A stretch of DNA of 64,000 bases, from positions 2,752,001-2,816,000 of the forward strand of contig CAWGMQ010000004.1 of the NCBI GenBank assembly GCA_963823665.1, given 5' to 3'. The position numbers were made by a program, and so were the translations under genes. This DNA is from an uncultured Planctomycetota bacterium (GTDB lineage: Bacteria; Planctomycetota; Planctomycetia; Isosphaerales; Isosphaeraceae). Below the pieces are notes generated by a model. It was given only the letters and a program-made list of their open reading frames with translations. It was not told the origin of the DNA and did not search any database. Shown one piece after another: positions 58,513 to 64,000 of this stretch (position 1 is the stretch's first letter; every line of letters begins with the position of its first letter).

Positions 58513-59423
58513 TTTGCTTCCGCGAACGCGTCGTCCTCCGGGAGATATCCCAGGAGCTCGGCGGCTTCGGAAAGGTCCCAGCGCATTCCGTGGTTGCGAG
58601 ACATGCCGTTTACCACGACGTACGAGCGGTCGTCGATCTCGGCCTCGACGGCACAATCGAAGAGTCGGATGAGGTCGGCGTTGGACAGCCACATCTGGCG
58701 GGCCCATTCGTCGGGTAGAGTCTCGGGCCGATTCGGTCCTTCCTGAATGTGGCCCAACCGCAGCGCGATGAAAGTCATGTCGAAGGCCCGGCCCAGACTT
58801 CGGCCCAATCGCTCGCCGATCAGCTTGGTGACTGCGTAGGGGCCGTCAGGCATCGGAATCGAGTCGACGTCGATCGGCTCGTTGTCACTCTTGTGCCGGC
58901 CGCCCATGACGTGGTTCGAGCTCGCGAAGATAACCCGTTCGACGCCGGCCAAGGCCGCGGCGTGAAAGACGTTTGCCAGGACGTCGATGTTCGGGCCGAT
59001 CAGGTCGTCCCAGGGGGCATGCTCATCCGTGTTGGCCGCCAGATGAACGACGGTGTCGACCCCGTGAAAGTGTGTGATCCATTCGTCGTCGAGGATTTCC
59101 AGGTCGGCGGTGATGATTTCGGGGTCGTCGGGATCGTCAAGGCGATCGATGAGCACGAGGTCGTAAACGTCGGCCCAGGCTCTGCGAAGTTTGCGGCCGA
59201 TATTGCCACAGGCACCGGTGATGAGCACGGTACGAGGCTCGTCTTCGATCGAGTCCAGCAGCGATTCATCCTCGGTATCGAGCTCGTCCTCGTCATCGAC
59301 GTCGGAATCGAGCAAGTCATCGTCTTCCGGCTCATCGCTTGACGGAGGCACGCCCGCGAGAGGCTGTGCTCGCTCGGACTCTTCACCAGGCTCGTTGTGT
59401 TCTCGTGATCGATCGGGAGACAT
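58509..59423 (-). CDS. NAD-dependent epimerase/dehydratase (uronate-dehydrogenase-like) with acidic N-terminal extension
   Basis: LITGACGNIG, VVHLAA, FASSNH, YAVTK, WLSNAD. Confidence 0.85.
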   Translation of the reverse strand: MSPDRSREHNEPGEESERAQPLAGVPPSSDEPEDDDLLDSDVDDEDELDTEDESLLDSIEDEPRTVLITGACGNIGRKLRRAWADVYDLVLIDRLDDPDDPEIITADLEILDDEWITHFHGVDTVVHLAANTDEHAPWDDLIGPNIDVLANVFHAAALAGVERVIFASSNHVMGGRHKSDNEPIDVDSIPMPDGPYAVTKLIGERLGRSLGRAFDMTFIALRLGHIQEGPNRPETLPDEWARQMWLSNADLIRLFDCAVEAEIDDRSYVVVNGMSRNHGMRWDLSEAAELLGYLPEDDAFAEAK

Positions 59424-59570
59424 GGTCAATGTCCTTGCAGCTTGAGCCACTTTAGCGCGCTTTGCCTCGCCATTTCGAGCGCGAGCCATAGTGTAACACG
59501 TCACGGGAAAACTGCGAGACTTCAAGCGGGAAGCGGGCCAATCCCGTTCAGGCGAAGCGCTTGCGCGGCG

Positions 59571-60719
59571 CTATGCCTCAGTTTCGAGGGCAGGCCTGCT
59601 TAGGACCTTGTCGAGGGCTTCGAGGAAGAAGAAATCGCCCCACATGACGGATTCGTCCACCCCCAGCTTCTTGTGGAAGTGATAGACGCCGTGCTTCAGG
59701 ACTCCTTCCCAGCCCGGTGTGGTCGTTGCGAGGTACTGGTCGGTGCAGAGCGTGTCGAGAATCGCGAGCGCGGCGTCACGGTATTGCACCGCCCTGGCAG
59801 GTTCGCGCGAGTCCAGAATCGCGGCCAAATCCCACAAGCCGGAAGCAGCGATCGCTGCGGCAGAGCTGTCGTCGATCCGGTCTGGTCCGGGCGGGACATC
59901 GAAATCCCAGGGGGGAACGAAGCTCAGTGGGCACCGGCCGAGGAAATAGTCGGCGTTGCGCACGGCTACAGCCAGGTCGCTATCACGGCGGGTGAAACCG
60001 AAAACGGTGGTGAAACCGTAAAGCGACCAGGCCAGGCCGCGGGCCCAGGCCGAGCCCGGGTGAAGCCCCTGATGAGTCGACTGGCGGAGGAATTCGCCGG
60101 TCGCGAGATCAAAGATGCCTTCATGAGCGGTTGAGCCGTCGGCGCGGACGAGCGTCCTTGCGGTGGTGTCGCAATGGGCCCGTGCCCGTCGATCGAGCTC
60201 CGGGTCGCCGGAAGCCGCCGCCGCGTAGAAGACAAGCGGCACGTTCATCATGATGTCTATGAACAGGCTCTCGGGCGCGACGAACGAGCGAAGATACCGC
60301 CCCTTTTCGTTAAATCGCAGCGCGAGCGTACGCCCCGCCGTGATCAACACGTCGCGCAGGCGCGGGTCGTCGGTTGAGCGATACCAGGGAAGATACGTGT
60401 TGAGAAAGATGAAACCCAGGTCGTGGACGTCGCGGTCAAACTGCTTGTGTTCGAGCAGATGCGTGTAGTGGATGGCGTGCTGCCGCCACTCCTCTTCTCC
60501 CGACCTCTGCGCCAGGAGCCACATCATCCCGGCGTGGAACCCCGCGCACCAGTCGGTCCAGCCTTCGCCGTCATGCCGCCAGCGACCGTTTCGAGTGTAG
60601 ATCGGAAAAAAATCCGGATCGCGCTCGATCAGCCGCCCTACCTGGTGAGCCGCGAAGTCAAATGCTTGCTCGAGCCGCGGCAGGAGCGATTTCACGTCGA
60701 TTTTTCGAGGCTCTGCCAT
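59571..60719 (-). CDS. Glycoside hydrolase family 88 (unsaturated glucuronyl hydrolase)
   Basis: W..GFHAGMMW, HDLGF, IDIMMN, WARGLAW..YGF, DSSAAAIAASG, WGDFFFLEAL. Confidence 0.92.
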   Translation of the reverse strand: MAEPRKIDVKSLLPRLEQAFDFAAHQVGRLIERDPDFFPIYTRNGRWRHDGEGWTDWCAGFHAGMMWLLAQRSGEEEWRQHAIHYTHLLEHKQFDRDVHDLGFIFLNTYLPWYRSTDDPRLRDVLITAGRTLALRFNEKGRYLRSFVAPESLFIDIMMNVPLVFYAAAASGDPELDRRARAHCDTTARTLVRADGSTAHEGIFDLATGEFLRQSTHQGLHPGSAWARGLAWSLYGFTTVFGFTRRDSDLAVAVRNADYFLGRCPLSFVPPWDFDVPPGPDRIDDSSAAAIAASGLWDLAAILDSREPARAVQYRDAALAILDTLCTDQYLATTTPGWEGVLKHGVYHFHKKLGVDESVMWGDFFFLEALDKVLSRPALETEA

Positions 60720-60895
60720 CCCGGGATTTCCGTAGAAAATAGAATAGAGTTAATTCTTTTATGTGTGTGTATGATCATCACGCGGCCCCGGCCGCAGAGA
60801 ATAGGATAACTCAAGCGGCTTTGCTAGAGTAATGTCCTCGGCGAGTCGCGTGTGTGAGGTGTCTCATGGATTTCGACGAGTTGAACCGGTAGCCG

Positions 60896-62362
60896 ATGGC
60901 CACGAATCAAGAAAGGCTGGCAATCGCCTGGAGAATGATCCAGGCTGGAGATCTTCCGGGCGCCCGCGGGCATCTCATTGGGCTGACCGCGGTTGATCAG
61001 TCATTTGCGCAAGCGTGGTACTTACTGGGCTCGGTCAACCAGCTTCTGGGAAACACCACCGAATCTCTGGCGAACTACGAGCGGGTGCTTCGACTCGAGC
61101 CCGATCATGTCGCAACACTGAACAACGTGGGAGTTGCGCTTCAGGCACTGGGAATGCCCCGGGAAGCGGCGGCCAGCTTGCGAATCGCCATCCGGAACAA
61201 ACCCGACTACGCCGAGGCGCACAGCAATCTCGGCAATTCCCTCAAGGACCAAGGCGATCTCGAAACCGCGGTCGCGTGCTATCGGCGGGCCATCGAGATC
61301 GATCCCAACTATTTTGACGCCTACAACAACCTGGGTAACGGTTTGCGCGCCCAGGGAAATCTGGCGGAATCGGTAGCGTGCTACGAGAAGGCCCTCGAGC
61401 TGAAGCCGGACAATCCCGAAATGCACTTGAACCGGGCACTCGCCTGGCTGCAGATGGGCGACTTCGAGCGCGGATGGCGCGAGTACGAGTGGCGTCTCTT
61501 ATGCAGGGACTTCGCGATACCGCCAATTGCGGCACCGCGGTGGGAAGGAAGTCCGCTCGAGGGTCAGACCATCTTGCTGTACGCCGACCACGGCTTCGGC
61601 GACACGATTCAGTTCATTCGTTACGCGCCCCTGGTCCGCGAGCGCGGGGGGCGAGTGATCGTGGCGTGTCAAAAACCGATTGCACGCGTGGTGGCGAGCT
61701 GCCCGGGCGTGGAGCAAGTTGTTCCGGAAGGCTCGCTCCTGCCCGAATTCGCCGTTCACGCGCCGCTGATGAGCTTGCCGCTTGCGTTCGGAACGACGCT
61801 CCGCTCGGTGCCGGCTAGCATTCCCTATCTGTCTGCGGACGCCGCGCTCGTCGGCCTTTGGCAGGCTCGACTGGGGTCATCGCGCTCGTTCAAGATCGGG
61901 GTTGCCTGGCAGGGCAACCCGACTTATCGGCGCGATCGGGAGCGGTCGTTTCGGCTTGCGGAGCTTGAACATGTGGCGAGGACTCCGGGCGTCGAGCTCG
62001 TGAGCTTCCAGCGCATTCACGGGGTCGAACAGCTTGGCGAGGTCCAGGACAAGTTCGCAGTGACCTCGATCGGCGAAGAACTGAACGACTTCCTGGACAC
62101 GGCGGCAGCCATGCAATCGATCGATCTGATGATCACTCCGGATACGTCGCTGGGACATCTTGCCGGGGCTCTTGGCGTTCCGATCTGGCTGGCGCTGTCG
62201 TTCGCAGCCGACTCGCGATGGCTGGAAAGCCGGTCGGACAGTCCGTGGTATCCTTCGATGCGACTGTTCCGGCAAGCGCGCTGGGGGGAGTGGGGGCCGG
62301 TCTTCGAGCAGATGGCGGCGGAGCTGCCCGGCTTGATGGCGGCGTGGGAAACGCGCGTGTGA
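60896..62362 (+). CDS. TPR-repeat protein with GT9-like glycosyltransferase domain
   Basis: TPRs (EAHSNLG, DAYNNLG); GWREYEWR, GFGDTIQFIRY, GVAWQGNP, DTSLGHLAGALG, SPWYPSMRLFRQ. Confidence 0.9.
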   Translation: MATNQERLAIAWRMIQAGDLPGARGHLIGLTAVDQSFAQAWYLLGSVNQLLGNTTESLANYERVLRLEPDHVATLNNVGVALQALGMPREAAASLRIAIRNKPDYAEAHSNLGNSLKDQGDLETAVACYRRAIEIDPNYFDAYNNLGNGLRAQGNLAESVACYEKALELKPDNPEMHLNRALAWLQMGDFERGWREYEWRLLCRDFAIPPIAAPRWEGSPLEGQTILLYADHGFGDTIQFIRYAPLVRERGGRVIVACQKPIARVVASCPGVEQVVPEGSLLPEFAVHAPLMSLPLAFGTTLRSVPASIPYLSADAALVGLWQARLGSSRSFKIGVAWQGNPTYRRDRERSFRLAELEHVARTPGVELVSFQRIHGVEQLGEVQDKFAVTSIGEELNDFLDTAAAMQSIDLMITPDTSLGHLAGALGVPIWLALSFAADSRWLESRSDSPWYPSMRLFRQARWGEWGPVFEQMAAELPGLMAAWETRV

Positions 62363-62379
62363 GACTCAATCGATTTTTT

Positions 62380-62796
62380 TCAATCGACGGCGCGGCGCAG
62401 CAGTTTGATTTCCTTCTGGCGGCGCAACTGGCGAGCGGTTGATTCTTCCCACTCGATGGCCTCGGTTTCAAGCCAGTCGATCGCACGTTTGAGCCAAGCA
62501 CGAGGGATCGCAACGCCGAGCTCAGCGTGACGCACCACCACGCCTGCCAGCGCAAGACGGGCGGTCTCATCCCACTCTTCGGGCGGGTCTTTGAGAGCGA
62601 GCGACTCCTGCAATGCCGTGATTGCCGCTTCCAGAGTCTGGGTGGTGGCGAGACGCGCTTGAACTTGCTCGAACAAAAGTGGATTGCGGTCGTCCATGAG
62701 CTGTTCATAGACCGCACCGTGCACGCGATCAAAGCCGGCATCGAGGGCATCGCCGCAGTCGTCGTTCTCGTAACTTTTGACGCCCCAGTAATTCAT
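62380..62796 (-). CDS. Hypothetical protein
   Basis: MNYWGVKSYENDD..DAL start; 138-aa helical ORF co-oriented with its neighbours. Confidence 0.65.
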   Translation of the reverse strand: MNYWGVKSYENDDCGDALDAGFDRVHGAVYEQLMDDRNPLLFEQVQARLATTQTLEAAITALQESLALKDPPEEWDETARLALAGVVVRHAELGVAIPRAWLKRAIDWLETEAIEWEESTARQLRRQKEIKLLRRAVD

Positions 62797-62830
62797 TTGT
62801 CCGTTATCAGTTGTTAGTTGTCAGTTGCTG
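62797..62830. repeat. Degenerate heptamer tract (cagttgt-like)
   Basis: ttgtccgttatcagttgttagttgtcagttgc. Confidence 0.55.
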
Positions 62831-62834
62831 GGTG

Positions 62835-63629
62835 TCATTTTGCCGCGAGCGGGCGTGCCATGGCTTGGAGAGCGGTTAATCGCTGCGGGGCCGCTATGAA
62901 TGTCGGAGTCCTGATCGGTGTGCGGCGGATCATTTCGGCGGGAGTGAGGCGTTCACCGGCCAGGTTGCCGAATTCGCAGCCGGCCTCACTTGTGATGACG
63001 ACGCCCGCAGCTATGTCGTGCTCGTGCTCGCCAAGCAAGATGGAGGCTTGCAGCCGGCCGGCTGCTACGAACGATTGCTCGCAGCAGGCGCTTCCCAGGT
63101 CGCGAAGGCGGCCGGGAAGGGAGCGCGGATCGACGGCCCGGAGGGCATTTGTCGAAATGCAGACGTTATCTTGATCGTGAAAACTTGACGCATCTCGGGC
63201 GTGGAGCCTGTCGCCGCCGCGCCAGGCGCCGGCCCCTTTGATTGCCCAGAACAGTTCGTCGAGCGGCGGGATGACAATTACACCCAGCATCGGCTCGCCC
63301 TGGACGATCAGACCGATGCTGATCGACCACAGCGGCAGCCCGTGCACCAGGTTGCCGGTGCCGTCGATTGGATCGATCGACCAGCGCCGAGGTCCTTTTC
63401 CACCGGAAGCAGCGTATTCCTCGCCGCTTAATGCGTCGTCGGGAAAACGGTCGGCAAGGCGCTCGCGGATCATCGTTTCGAGGTCGTGATCCAGGTCCGT
63501 GACGTAGCTCAGATTCGCCTTCTCCTGAGGCGTCACATGATGGCACCGCCGTTTCGCCTCCGTGGCGGCGTGGGAAGCCAGAGCCTTGGCAAATTCGAGC
63601 TCGGGGGCGAGGTCTGTCTTCTCAGTCAT
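62835..63629 (-). CDS. Inositol monophosphatase family protein
   Basis: VTDLD, GEE, WSIDPIDGT.N, GSA, DIAAG..EAG. Confidence 0.9.
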   Translation of the reverse strand: MTEKTDLAPELEFAKALASHAATEAKRRCHHVTPQEKANLSYVTDLDHDLETMIRERLADRFPDDALSGEEYAASGGKGPRRWSIDPIDGTGNLVHGLPLWSISIGLIVQGEPMLGVIVIPPLDELFWAIKGAGAWRGGDRLHARDASSFHDQDNVCISTNALRAVDPRSLPGRLRDLGSACCEQSFVAAGRLQASILLGEHEHDIAAGVVITSEAGCEFGNLAGERLTPAEMIRRTPIRTPTFIAAPQRLTALQAMARPLAAK

Positions 63630-63651
63630 GAGCGGACGCTTCTCGACGGTT

Positions 63652-64000
63652 TCAATAAAACAGTTTCGATTTCGTTACAAGAAAATACGCGCCAACCGCC
63701 AAGATCACAAGCAGAGCAATCGGAGGCACGATCAACAAGAGCAACGAATTCAGGGCTCTCCAGGCCGAGAATCGCTGCACCTCGCCGAGCGTCTTCACCG
63801 TTACCACCATCCACCAAATCTGCAGCACGAACTCGAGGATGACGGTCGCGGCCAGAGTGTATGCGAGCCCGACATTGCTGAAAAGGCTCGGTTTCTCAAA
63901 GACGAACAGCTCCCTGCCCAAGAGCACCGAGCGCATGATCCAGATTGGAAACGTGGCCAGGAGGGGCACGGAAGACCACGCGAGCGCCGCGCGGACCTCC
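63652..64000 (-). CDS. Yip1-family membrane protein, C-terminal part (runs off window edge)
   Basis: EVRAALAWSSVP..W..; KTLGEVQRFSAWRAL; hydrophobic helices. Confidence 0.65.
   Translation of the reverse strand, partial: EVRAALAWSSVPLLATFPIWIMRSVLLGRELFVFEKPSLFSNVGLAYTLAATVILEFVLQIWWMVVTVKTLGEVQRFSAWRALNSLLLLIVPPIALLVILAVGAYFLVTKSKLFY

Noticed and set aside
62835..63629. Calling the IMPase-family gene hisN or suhB
   Set aside because: Subfamily cannot be resolved by eye and it is not linked to the his genes.

Overview
GC-rich bacterial chromosomal DNA, very probably a planctomycete of the Isosphaeraceae type. This is inferred from DUF1559 prepilin-like, DUF4058, DUF1570 and CRTAC1/ASPIC genes, ECF sigma factors with long extensions, and an ECF + Ser/Thr kinase pair. 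About 55 CDSs are visible. They include housekeeping genes (hisS, hisZ, hisG, hisF, rpsR, DAHP synthase, pyrE, xerD), a PilT + PilB/GspE + CvpA cluster, carbohydrate-active enzymes (GH2, GH88, GT39, TPR-GT9), several truncated gene remnants and at least four families of REP-like palindromes. Many genes, including conserved ones, are split by small indels, which looks like long-read consensus error rather than gene decay. No rRNA, tRNA, CRISPR array or intact transposase was seen. Best findings, all missed or mis-started by the ORF track: (1) a complete ribosome-mediated attenuator (Tyr/Phe/Trp-rich leader peptide, alternative 1:2, 2:3 and 3:4 helices, U8 terminator) upstream of DAHP synthase; (2) just upstream, a structured element with a 14-nt perfect anti-SD complement and a 10-codon mini-ORF; (3) a 101-aa protein with a LEPR-XLL-like planctomycete export motif, lying between an XRE regulator and an ECF/kinase module, a candidate peptide-signalling locus. 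Family assignments come from motif recognition only; no searches were run.
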